A stretch of DNA of 24,013 nucleotides, taken from Sedimentisphaerales bacterium (lineage in GTDB: Bacteria > Planctomycetota > Phycisphaerae > Sedimentisphaerales > Anaerobacaceae). The translations under genes and the position numbers were made by a program. A model generated the notes under the pieces. That model worked only from the letters and a program-made list of their open reading frames with translations, did not search any database and was not told the DNA's origin. This document shows, piece after piece, positions 1 through 7,693 of the stretch. The stretch spans positions 1 to 24,013 of the forward strand of contig DAOVMB010000001.1 in assembly GCA_030630905.1 (NCBI GenBank), read 5' to 3'. Within the stretch, counting starts at the first letter, position 1, and each line of letters opens with the position of its first letter.

Positions 1-189
1 GATAGTCTCAGAGTCGCGCTATTGGCAGATAAGACAGGTGGGGCAGTATCCTTAGCTCATGATTTCGATCGTTCGAATGAAAATGCGAACCGATTCGTTG
101 TTGAGTCCGTTCGGGCGGCTCTTGCGATGGCAGCAGACAAAGGTATGCGGGTACTTACTGTTTCAGAATTATTGGATCTCGGCAGGTAG
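1..189 (+). CDS. 3' end of a probable polysaccharide deacetylase (NodB/CE4-like), truncated by window edge
   Basis: Frame 1 is open from base 1 to TAG 187-189 (DSLRVALLADKTGGAVSLAHDFDRSNENANRFVVESVRAALAMAADKGMRVLTVSELLDLGR*). GGAVSLAHD and GMRVLTVSELL resemble the NodB C-terminal motifs (G.IxLxHD ... G.xFVTVSELL). Only 62 residues are visible and the ORF is absent from the ORF track. Confidence 0.55.
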   Translation, partial: DSLRVALLADKTGGAVSLAHDFDRSNENANRFVVESVRAALAMAADKGMRVLTVSELLDLGR

Positions 190-200
190 GTAAACGAAAA

Positions 201-1139
201 GTGGACGTATCCATTATCATAGTCAACTGGAATACGAAAGGACTCCTTCGAGATTGTCTTTCCTCGGTTTATGAACATGCAGGTGGTGTTGATTATGAAA
301 TTATCGTCATCGATAACGCCTCGACCGACGGTTCGGCTGGAATGGTAAAGAATGACTTCCAGCAGGTAATTCTCATAGCGAATACGGAAAACCGGGGCTT
401 TGCTACTGCTAATAACCAGGGGATGACTGTCGCTAAAGGAAGATATGTGCTCCTGCTTAATAGTGATACGGTTGTTTTGGATAACTCTATAGCTAACACA
501 GTTAGTTTTGCTGATGAGAATCCGCAGGCAGCGGTGGCAGGTTGCCGGGTATTAAATCCTGACCGAACCCTACAACGAACGTGTTTTATGTTCCCCTCGA
601 TATTGAATATGCTGTTATCAAGCACTTATCTGTACAAATTATTCCCGAAGAACAGGTTCTTCGGACGTGAGCAAATGACCTGGTGGGACAGGAGCGACAT
701 ACGCCATGTAGATGTTGTGACGGGTTGCTTTATGCTTGTCAGGCGAGAAGCAATCGAACAGGTTGGCGTGATGGATGAGCAGTTCTTCATGTACGGCGAA
801 GAAACCGACTGGTGTTATCGATTCTGGGAGAAGGGCTGGAAAGTAATGTTTGCCCCGGTTGGCGAAATTATTCATTTTGGCGGTCAAAGCGCAGCACAGA
901 AGCCTGTGGCTATGATTGTTCAGTTGAGGCTAAGCATCCTTAAATTCATTAAAAAACACTATGGCTGGCTGTCGTACCTGATCGCACGTTTTCTGACTGC
1001 CTTTTTTTTCGCCGTTCGTCTTCCGGCATGGTTAGCTGTGTTTTCTTTCCGGCCGGCTGTAAGGAGTAAAGCAGCCGTCAAAATACAAGCTTACTCCGCC
1101 GGCATTGTAGATGTTCTTTTTGGTCGGGTTGACCTGTGA
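201..1139 (+). CDS. GT2 family glycosyltransferase (WbbL/RfbF-like subgroup)
   Basis: GTG start. Motifs: VSIIIVNWN, DNASTDGS, NRGFATANNQG, LLNSD (DxD-like), VTGCFMLVRRE, FFMYGEETDWCYR. Confidence 0.92.
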   Translation: MDVSIIIVNWNTKGLLRDCLSSVYEHAGGVDYEIIVIDNASTDGSAGMVKNDFQQVILIANTENRGFATANNQGMTVAKGRYVLLLNSDTVVLDNSIANTVSFADENPQAAVAGCRVLNPDRTLQRTCFMFPSILNMLLSSTYLYKLFPKNRFFGREQMTWWDRSDIRHVDVVTGCFMLVRREAIEQVGVMDEQFFMYGEETDWCYRFWEKGWKVMFAPVGEIIHFGGQSAAQKPVAMIVQLRLSILKFIKKHYGWLSYLIARFLTAFFFAVRLPAWLAVFSFRPAVRSKAAVKIQAYSAGIVDVLFGRVDL

Positions 1140-1200
1140 AAGGGTGCCTGTGCACTGTAAATCTTGGTATTGTCTTGAAGTCAAGAGAATAGGGAATTAT

Positions 1201-2862
1201 ATGAAAAATCTATTGCAGTCGATGGCAAAAACGAATAGGAAGCGGACAAGTGCCATCTGCGTATTTTTCCTGTTGGCGATTCTGTTGTTCTGTCGGTTCA
1301 CTTATGGCGAGCAGCAAATTGTTCAATTCGGAATTACGTGGACATTCGACAAAGATTATACCGTCGGTCAATTTGCAAACGGCGATTACTGGGTGTTCGG
1401 ACCGGTGATCATAATAGGAATAAATCCGGCTTCTGTTGAGTTAAATGGTAGGATAATAAACGGTTCTATGGTAAACCCATCGCCAAAACTTGGACAAAAA
1501 CAGGGTTACGACAGTGCAATGTACGGAAGAATCGCCAGGCCCGGGGACTATGATCCGGATCTAAATGTTGCTCGTCCTGATGGCCGGGATCTCTCGGAGA
1601 GTAATCCTTTGGTTCTTCCGCCTGATTGCTCTCTGGTTTCTGCTACAAGCACTCCGCATACAAATGATCCTACGGTATTACAGACAGCGGCAATTCTGAC
1701 AGTTCTGGGCGATTCTGCCCCGGAAGGGAGCTTCAGACCTCCTTACTGCGGCACCGATAAGACAATTAGATTCAATAAAAGTCGATTGGACTACTCTTTA
1801 CTTGCCAGCTTAAGACCTGTGCCCGGTTTACCCGGCCTTTCAACGATGGAACGCACTTTTGAACGGCCGTGGCTGGACCATGTCCCCAATTGGCCGAACC
1901 GTTGTCTTCATCCGGTCGATAATATGCCCGGCTTCGGCAGGGAATTAGCCACACAGATAGGCGTTGGCGCCTTGATGCTTAACCTTAATTTCAAGAACGC
2001 GCAGAAAGAAACGCTTCTTATTCGGTATGTGCAGTTAGGTATTGACCTTTATGGAATTGTCCAGGACGGGGGAAAAAAGAACTGGATCAATAATGGTGCG
2101 CATAACAGCGGACGTAAGTGGCCGATTCTGTTTGCCGGGCTTATGCTTGACGATCCATCCATGAAGAATATCGGGAGGCCCGATATTCCGGACTATGGCC
2201 CCCTGCACCCGGAGTACGTTCATTTCGGAGAAGATGACCAGACGTTTTATGTAACTCAGGCGGATGTGGACGTGAGTCACAGCCCCCAGTGGGACCCAGA
2301 TCCGAGGGATCCTCAGCTAATTCCGTACGAACAGGAGGATATTGGCCTTCCTGAGTGGGGAATCCTATATGCGACCGGCCCACACAGGAGCAACAAGTTC
2401 TGGAATACGTCATATAGAAGGGTAAGTTGTCCATCATGGGGTGGATTTGTCCTGGCAGCGCATATCATGGGAGCGAAGGATTTATGGAACCATGATGCCC
2501 TGTTTGATTTCAAAGACCGTTATATGCAGGCCGCCGCCGATTGGAGACAGATGTCCAGGTTCGTGGAGGCCATGTGGGATACCTACCGCAAAGATTATGG
2601 TCCTGTGTGGACGATGTCTCCCACGCTAAATTTTGTCGCAGTTGGTGGCTCCGTCGCAAAAGCCCCGGATAAGGCAGCCTATACGCTTGGCGAGAGAGTG
2701 AGGCTGAGAGTTGTCGCCGATCCCGGATACGAGTTTGCAGGTTGGTCGGGTGGTTTATCCGGGACGGAAAATCCGGTGGCGATAATTATGCACGCTAAAC
2801 GAACGATCACGGCGAATTTTACCGTTGCCTCTAAATCTCCGAAGTCGACGAGCGATAAATAA
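1201..2862 (+). CDS. Secreted protein of unknown function with one C-terminal InlB-B/Flg_new-type repeat
   Basis: ATG 1201 follows a purine-rich RBS (agggaa); alternative ATG at 1222. The basic n-region and hydrophobic h-region (RKRTSAICVFFLLAILLFCRFTYG) suggest a Sec signal peptide. A ~440-aa domain that I cannot assign follows, then the repeat domain. The track start at 1111 overlaps the GT2 gene. Confidence 0.8.
   Translation: MKNLLQSMAKTNRKRTSAICVFFLLAILLFCRFTYGEQQIVQFGITWTFDKDYTVGQFANGDYWVFGPVIIIGINPASVELNGRIINGSMVNPSPKLGQKQGYDSAMYGRIARPGDYDPDLNVARPDGRDLSESNPLVLPPDCSLVSATSTPHTNDPTVLQTAAILTVLGDSAPEGSFRPPYCGTDKTIRFNKSRLDYSLLASLRPVPGLPGLSTMERTFERPWLDHVPNWPNRCLHPVDNMPGFGRELATQIGVGALMLNLNFKNAQKETLLIRYVQLGIDLYGIVQDGGKKNWINNGAHNSGRKWPILFAGLMLDDPSMKNIGRPDIPDYGPLHPEYVHFGEDDQTFYVTQADVDVSHSPQWDPDPRDPQLIPYEQEDIGLPEWGILYATGPHRSNKFWNTSYRRVSCPSWGGFVLAAHIMGAKDLWNHDALFDFKDRYMQAAADWRQMSRFVEAMWDTYRKDYGPVWTMSPTLNFVAVGGSVAKAPDKAAYTLGERVRLRVVADPGYEFAGWSGGLSGTENPVAIIMHAKRTITANFTVASKSPKSTSDK
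2626..2826 (+). other. Listeria/Bacteroides InlB-B-like (Flg_new / divergent InlB B-repeat) domain
   Basis: GGSVAKAPDKAAYTLGERVRLRVVADPGYEFAGWSGGLSGTENPVAIIMHAKRTITANF fits the pattern G.V...P....Y..G..V.L.A....GY.F.GWSG...G..NP....M......TANF. Confidence 0.8.
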
Positions 2863-2941
2863 TTTTGTGGAGAATAGTTTTTCGACGTTTTGCGGTCAAT
2901 CCGAAGAATGCAATGACTGGAAGCTCGTGCTGAGATTACAA

Positions 2942-4174
2942 ATGGATACTGAAAATAATACGGACATTTCGTTTATATGCTTTGGCGGTGAGGATTGGTG
3001 GTATCACAATCGGGCGCATATTGATATGCAATTGATGCGCCGATTTTCCCGGATAGGGACTGCGCTTTACGTAAACTCTATCGTCATGCGAAAACCGAAC
3101 ATAGGAATCAGGAAAGGCTTCACCGAAAAACTCGTCCGTAAGACCAAGAGCATCCTGAAGGGGCTCAAGCAGTCCGGCGTCGGATTTTGGGTATATAGTC
3201 CATATACCTTGCCCGTTCAGCATATCTCCTGGGCAAGACCGTTCAATGAAGCTATCTTGCGATATCAGATACGGCGCATTACGCGAAAGCTGCGTATGAT
3301 GACCCCTGTGATGTGGGTTGCCTGCCCGCCGGCTTGTGATACAGCAATCACAATGAAAAAAGGAAAACTTGTGTACCAGAGAACGGATCGATACGAGGAT
3401 GATCCTCATGTCGATAGAGAGACGGTACTAAACTATGACAGGAAATTGAAAGCCAACGCGGATATGACCGTTTATGTTAACCGAATCCTGTATGAGGAAG
3501 AGGCCGATCAATGTAAGAATGCTTTTTTCCTGGATCATGGCGTTGACTACGAAATGTTTACCTCGGCGGAAAATAACCGGGACATACCTGCCGAGATGGT
3601 CAACATAAGAAAACCGGTCGTTGGCTATTTTGGGGTGATGGCGGACCATAAGTTCGATGTTGAATTTGTCAGCAAGGTCGCCGACCTGTTGCCGGAGTTT
3701 TCCTTCGTGTTTATTGGGCGTGTTTCGCAGGAGTCTCGAGAGATGTTCGCCAGGGACAATATTCATATCATCCCAAAGCAGCCTTATGAACGAATTCCCC
3801 ATTTTGGCAAGTGTTTTGATGTGGCGGTATTGCCCTGGAGAATCAATAAATGGACCGAGGCCGCGAATCCGATTAAACTCAAAGAGTACCTGGCCCTGGG
3901 GAAACCAATCGTCAGCACACCTGCATTCTCCGAGCTGCAAAGCTACCTTGATATTGTGCACGAGGCTGCGACCCCGGAAGACTTTGCCCGCTGTATTAAG
4001 AAGGCCCACTCTGAAAACAACGTGGAGCTTGTAAGAAAAAGAAGAGAAAGAGTCGCCCAATCTTCTTGGGACAGTAAAGCGGAATTGATGCTTCGTACGC
4101 TATTTGCAGGACAGGAATCCGAACTCAAGACGATAACCGATGCGTTGAAGCGTGTCGGGGCCGATGGATGTTAG
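2942..4174 (+). CDS. GT-B (GT4) glycosyltransferase, TuaH-like
   Basis: N-terminal EDWWYHNRAH; VGYFG..., FSFVFIG; FDVAVLPW and NPIKLKEYLALGKPIVST (Ex7E-like region of GT4). Start placed at ATG 2942 because the track start 2825 overlaps the upstream gene. Confidence 0.87.
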   Translation: MDTENNTDISFICFGGEDWWYHNRAHIDMQLMRRFSRIGTALYVNSIVMRKPNIGIRKGFTEKLVRKTKSILKGLKQSGVGFWVYSPYTLPVQHISWARPFNEAILRYQIRRITRKLRMMTPVMWVACPPACDTAITMKKGKLVYQRTDRYEDDPHVDRETVLNYDRKLKANADMTVYVNRILYEEEADQCKNAFFLDHGVDYEMFTSAENNRDIPAEMVNIRKPVVGYFGVMADHKFDVEFVSKVADLLPEFSFVFIGRVSQESREMFARDNIHIIPKQPYERIPHFGKCFDVAVLPWRINKWTEAANPIKLKEYLALGKPIVSTPAFSELQSYLDIVHEAATPEDFARCIKKAHSENNVELVRKRRERVAQSSWDSKAELMLRTLFAGQESELKTITDALKRVGADGC

Positions 4175-4223
4175 TGCAGGCGGCAGCATATTAAATGCTG
4201 TCTGGTATAAAAGGTAAGTTGGT

Positions 4224-5567
4224 ATGAGCATTAAAGCAATAGCAAAGGGTGCGGCACATTTGTTCGTTAAGAGATATGCCGGGCCGTTCCGGCTGCATAG
4301 AAGATGGCTCAACAAAACACAGTGGCTTAGCTATTCGGAATTACAAAAAATCCAGCTAAAGCTGCTTAGAAGGCTTGTTCGGCATTGTTACAATTCGGTG
4401 CCGTACTACAGGCATTTGATGGATGAATTGAGGATAAGCCCGGAGAGTATTCACACTCTGGAAGACATAGAGAAATTTCCCATAATCAACAAAAAGGAAG
4501 TTTTGAAGGCAGGTGATTCAATAATTTCGACAAAATATCCGAAGTGGGCTTTGCGCAAGGGCCGAACAGGCGGCAGCACCGGGACTCCCATGATTGTATA
4601 TAGAACCTTGTTCTCGCTGGGGACCGAGCATGCGTTCGCAAGGCGGCAGTGGGACTGGGCGGGAGTTAGCATGAGGGAGAAGAGCGCCTGGATATTTCAA
4701 AGGGTGGTTGCGCTGCCGGAGAAGAAGGATGCCCGCCTTTATGATTATGATCCGATAATGAGGGAATTAACGCTCTCGGCTTATCACTGTTCTGCCGATA
4801 CGGCCCTTGATTATGCCAGGATGATACAGAAACACGGCATCAAAGTTGTCGTGGGTTATCCGAGCGCTGTTTACACGATGGCCAAAACGTGCATAAATTC
4901 AAGTTTCAAGCTTGACCTTCGCGTGGTAATAAGCACGTGGGAGGCAATGACCGAACCTATGCGACAAACTATTTCAGATGCGTTTGGCTGCAAAATCTTC
5001 GATTTTTACGGCAGCGGCGAGAGAGTCGTTGCCATACATCAATGTGAACGTGGAAGTTATCACATAGTACCTGAATATGGATTGACCGAGCTGATTCCGA
5101 TGGACGGATGCGAGGAAGGTCATTACAGAGTGGTTTCAACGGGTTTCTGGAACAAGGCGATGCCCTTGATCAGATACGATATGGGCGATGTTGTTGACAA
5201 GTCGGACGACAGTTGTTCCTGTGGCAGAGAGTTTCCGGTAGTCAAATCAATAATTGGAAAAGAAGGTGACATAATACAATCCCCGTCGGGAGTGCAGCTC
5301 GGTGTCACCGCGGTGGTGCAAATCCTATACACTATAGGCGGCACGAATAATATACTTGAGACACAATTCGTACAGGATGCGCTGGATCATATCACTATAG
5401 AATATGTTCCCGCCCCCAAATTCACCGAAGTTGATCTTGCGAATATGCGAAAAAGTGCCGCAAGGTTTCTGCCGCGTGACTTGAAGGTCGACTTTAAGCA
5501 GGTTGAAGCGGTCAAAAGAACACCGATGGGCAAAATTAGAACTATCGTCTCACAAATTGCCCGGTAG
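4224..5567 (+). CDS. Phenylacetate-CoA ligase/CapK-like adenylate-forming enzyme
   Basis: VPYYR, TGGSTGTP (AMP-binding P-loop), DFYGSGE, PLIRYDMGD, CSCGR. This family is commonly embedded in polysaccharide loci. Confidence 0.88.
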   Translation: MSIKAIAKGAAHLFVKRYAGPFRLHRRWLNKTQWLSYSELQKIQLKLLRRLVRHCYNSVPYYRHLMDELRISPESIHTLEDIEKFPIINKKEVLKAGDSIISTKYPKWALRKGRTGGSTGTPMIVYRTLFSLGTEHAFARRQWDWAGVSMREKSAWIFQRVVALPEKKDARLYDYDPIMRELTLSAYHCSADTALDYARMIQKHGIKVVVGYPSAVYTMAKTCINSSFKLDLRVVISTWEAMTEPMRQTISDAFGCKIFDFYGSGERVVAIHQCERGSYHIVPEYGLTELIPMDGCEEGHYRVVSTGFWNKAMPLIRYDMGDVVDKSDDSCSCGREFPVVKSIIGKEGDIIQSPSGVQLGVTAVVQILYTIGGTNNILETQFVQDALDHITIEYVPAPKFTEVDLANMRKSAARFLPRDLKVDFKQVEAVKRTPMGKIRTIVSQIAR

Positions 5568-5674
5568 CATCATCATTAATTGACGCCGTGATCCCATTGC
5601 CTACGCCTGTTGCGCATGGCTTGGAGAAGAAAACGTTTTAGGGCATTAAACAGCGGTTGTCACAAAGTAGAGTG

Positions 5675-6145
5675 ATGGTTAAGAATAAAGGTAAATTGCG
5701 AATCTGCCTGACTGCTTCAGCGGGAGGCCATATATCTCAATTGCTCAAGCTGGCTGCGAGCTGGAATGGATACGAAACGTTCTGTGTCACGACGACGGAA
5801 GTCGTGCGAGATAACCTGAGCAAATTAGGCGAAGTTTATGTCGTAGGAGAATGCAACAGGCAGCATCCGATACGAGTCATCACTGTATTGCTGCGATGCC
5901 TTTGTATTGTTTTCAAGGAGAGGCCTGATGTCGTGATCAGCACGGGTGCGGCGGCCGGTTGTATGTTGTGTTTCCTGGGTAAAATGTTTGGTGCAAAAGT
6001 CGTATGGGTTGACAGTATTACCAACGTGGAGCGAATCTCCCTGTCGGGAAGAATGGTTCGTTACATTGCGGATTTATTCCTTGTGCAATGGCCGGAACTG
6101 ACCGGCAGATATAAAAGTATCGAATTTGTTGGGACGGTAGTATGA
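5675..6145 (+). CDS. Alg14/PssD/Cps14F-like acceptor-binding subunit of a split glycosyltransferase
   Basis: ASAGGHISQL, PDVVISTGA, VDSITNVERISLSGR, FLVQWPEL. Its stop overlaps the next start (ATGA 6142-6145). Confidence 0.88.
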   Translation: MVKNKGKLRICLTASAGGHISQLLKLAASWNGYETFCVTTTEVVRDNLSKLGEVYVVGECNRQHPIRVITVLLRCLCIVFKERPDVVISTGAAAGCMLCFLGKMFGAKVVWVDSITNVERISLSGRMVRYIADLFLVQWPELTGRYKSIEFVGTVV

Positions 6146-6627
6146 TTTTCCTGACCGTTGGAACGCAATTTCCGTTTGACCGGTTAGTCAAAGCTGTTGA
6201 TGAAGCCGCCGGCGCAAATGGATTTAATGAACAAATTGTCGCTCAGATTGGCGATAGTTCTTATTGTCCGGAAAACTTTGAAGCAGCCCCTTCGGTGGAG
6301 AAAGCCGTCTTCGACCAACATTTTAACAAGGCGGACAGCATTGTCAGCCACGCAGGGATGGGTACAATAACAATGGCGCTGGATCATAGAAAACCATTAC
6401 TTGTTATGCCGAGATTGAAAAAATATGGCGAAGTTGTGAATAATCACCAACTTGCTATTGCAAAAAAGTTCGAGCAGCTCGGCTACCTGTTGGTAGCATA
6501 TAGTGCTGAGGATGTGCCGGGTAAAATGAAGCAGTTGAAGTGCTTTATGCCGCAGGAGCGGAAGCCGTGTGCAGATATTGTTGCGGCACGCATTTCCACA
6601 TTTCTAAATGAGTTGTCTAAAACATGA
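6142..6627 (+). CDS. Alg13/PssE/Cps14G-like nucleotide-sugar-binding subunit (Glyco_tran_28_C)
   Basis: MIFLTVGTQFPFDRLV, IVSHAGMGTI, MPRL...GEVVNNHQ. Translationally coupled to the PssD-like gene. Confidence 0.88.
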   Translation: MIFLTVGTQFPFDRLVKAVDEAAGANGFNEQIVAQIGDSSYCPENFEAAPSVEKAVFDQHFNKADSIVSHAGMGTITMALDHRKPLLVMPRLKKYGEVVNNHQLAIAKKFEQLGYLLVAYSAEDVPGKMKQLKCFMPQERKPCADIVAARISTFLNELSKT

Positions 6628-6661
6628 AGCTAATTCGGTGAAAAGGTGACGGAAGTTGGCG

Positions 6662-7288
6662 ATGGGAAACATTAAGAACAGTACGCTGTACAGAACCGTA
6701 GAGTTCATGACACCCACTTTTGTGAAGGTGATAGCCAAGAGGATATTCTGGAAAATCGTTCGCTTTTACAACAGATGCAGATATATCGAAAAGGGAAGAT
6801 TCGTGGAATTTGGGTACAGATTCAGGTTCGACCGTTCTGCCCCTTATCGTGCTCGCGTTGGCGAGAAGACCATCGCCGAGGATTTCAACGTATGGAACAT
6901 CGATCTCGGCGATATAACGGTTGGGAAAAAATGCTGGTTCGGGCTCAATAATGTTGTCATGGGCCCGGTTGAAATCGGCGATGAGCTATCTACCGGCCCC
7001 TACGTCAAAATTCTCGGGCCGAGGCACCCGGTTCCGCCGCAGGTAGCAAAGCAGAGGCAGAAGACCACGATCGGAAACAACGTATGGATAAGTACAGGCT
7101 CGATAATTCTTTTTGGAGTAGAGATAGGGGACAATGCCATAATAAGTGCCGGTTCGGTAGTGCAGAAAGATATTCCCGCCGGAGCTTTTGTCGGGGGCAA
7201 TCCGGCGAGAAACTTGTCCGGCCTTATTCAAAAGGCATGGCAATCGACCGATAATAAACAGAGTGAGAAGGCGGGAAATGAAAAATAA
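6662..7288 (+). CDS. Hexapeptide-repeat (LbH) O-acyltransferase, WcaF/maltose-acetyltransferase-like
   Basis: [49 protein letters not shown] is the canonical LbH C-terminal signature. Alternative TTG start at 6656. Confidence 0.85.
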   Translation: MGNIKNSTLYRTVEFMTPTFVKVIAKRIFWKIVRFYNRCRYIEKGRFVEFGYRFRFDRSAPYRARVGEKTIAEDFNVWNIDLGDITVGKKCWFGLNNVVMGPVEIGDELSTGPYVKILGPRHPVPPQVAKQRQKTTIGNNVWISTGSIILFGVEIGDNAIISAGSVVQKDIPAGAFVGGNPARNLSGLIQKAWQSTDNKQSEKAGNEK

Positions 7289-7304
7289 GCAGAGAGGAAT
7301 TTTC

Positions 7305-7332
7305 TGGACATCAATGTTTTTATTTGTACAGT
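7305..7332 (+). promoter_or_regulatory. Possible internal sigma70-like promoter in front of the ACP cassette
   Basis: TGGACA (7305-7310), 16 nt, then TACAGT (7327-7332), in an AT-rich 90-nt intergenic gap. Weak match. Confidence 0.2.
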
Positions 7333-7378
7333 TTATAACGATTTCTTAATTGAAAACACAATTTGGTAAGAGGGTAAT

Positions 7379-7642
7379 ATGGACAATTCTGTTAAAGTCA
7401 GGGAATTCGTAGTAGAAAATTTTCTTTTCGGAGATGGCGAAAAGCTCAAAGATGACACTTCATTTATGGAGGAGGGCATCATCGATTCCACCGGGATTTT
7501 GGAGCTGGTGTTCTTTCTTGAAGAGACTTTTGGCTTAAGTGTAGAGGATGATGAGCTTGTGCCGGACAACATGGACAGCTTGCAGAATATTGCCCGGTTC
7601 ATTGACCGGAAACTGAATGCAAGTCCCGCCGCGGAAGCGTAG
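7379..7642 (+). CDS. Stand-alone acyl/peptidyl carrier protein
   Basis: 87 aa, acidic. GIIDSTGILELV contains the phosphopantetheine Ser (Ser37, codon 7487); also LVPDNMDSL. RBS-like gagggt upstream. Confidence 0.92.
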   Translation: MDNSVKVREFVVENFLFGDGEKLKDDTSFMEEGIIDSTGILELVFFLEETFGLSVEDDELVPDNMDSLQNIARFIDRKLNASPAAEA

Positions 7643-7693
7643 ATTTCGAGGAGAGTTCGAGGGAGCTGTTTTTCAAAGCGTCTGATTTTTATC

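Noticed and set aside
1002-1009. T8 tract in the GT2 gene as a contingency locus
   Set aside because: It is short, explained by Phe-Phe-Phe codons, and lies near the 3' end.
1111-1200. Extended starts from the ORF track (1111, 2825, 14577)
   Set aside because: Each overlaps the upstream gene. Downstream ATGs (1201, 2942, 14679) give better spacing and sensible N-termini.
1140-1200. Sigma54 (-24/-12) promoters expected for PEP-CTERM systems, checked here and in the gaps at 5568-5674 and 18612-18706
   Set aside because: Partial TGG...TTG matches have the wrong GG-GC spacing or lack the GC.
2073-2079. In-frame A-AAA-AAG slippery heptamer in the secreted-protein gene
   Set aside because: It is explained by Gly-Lys-Lys codons. 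There is no convincing downstream hairpin and the reading frame is intact on both sides.
2760-2862. Secreted protein as the exosortase (PEP-CTERM) substrate
   Set aside because: The C-terminus (TVASKSPKSTSDK) lacks the motif + TM helix + basic cluster sorting signal.
3428-4060. 210-aa minus-strand ORF, and other antisense or alternate-frame ORFs in the track (e.g. 17888-18679, 13981-14517, 7333-7758)
   Set aside because: They overlap well-supported + strand genes, show no recognisable motifs and have no RBS. They are shadow ORFs.
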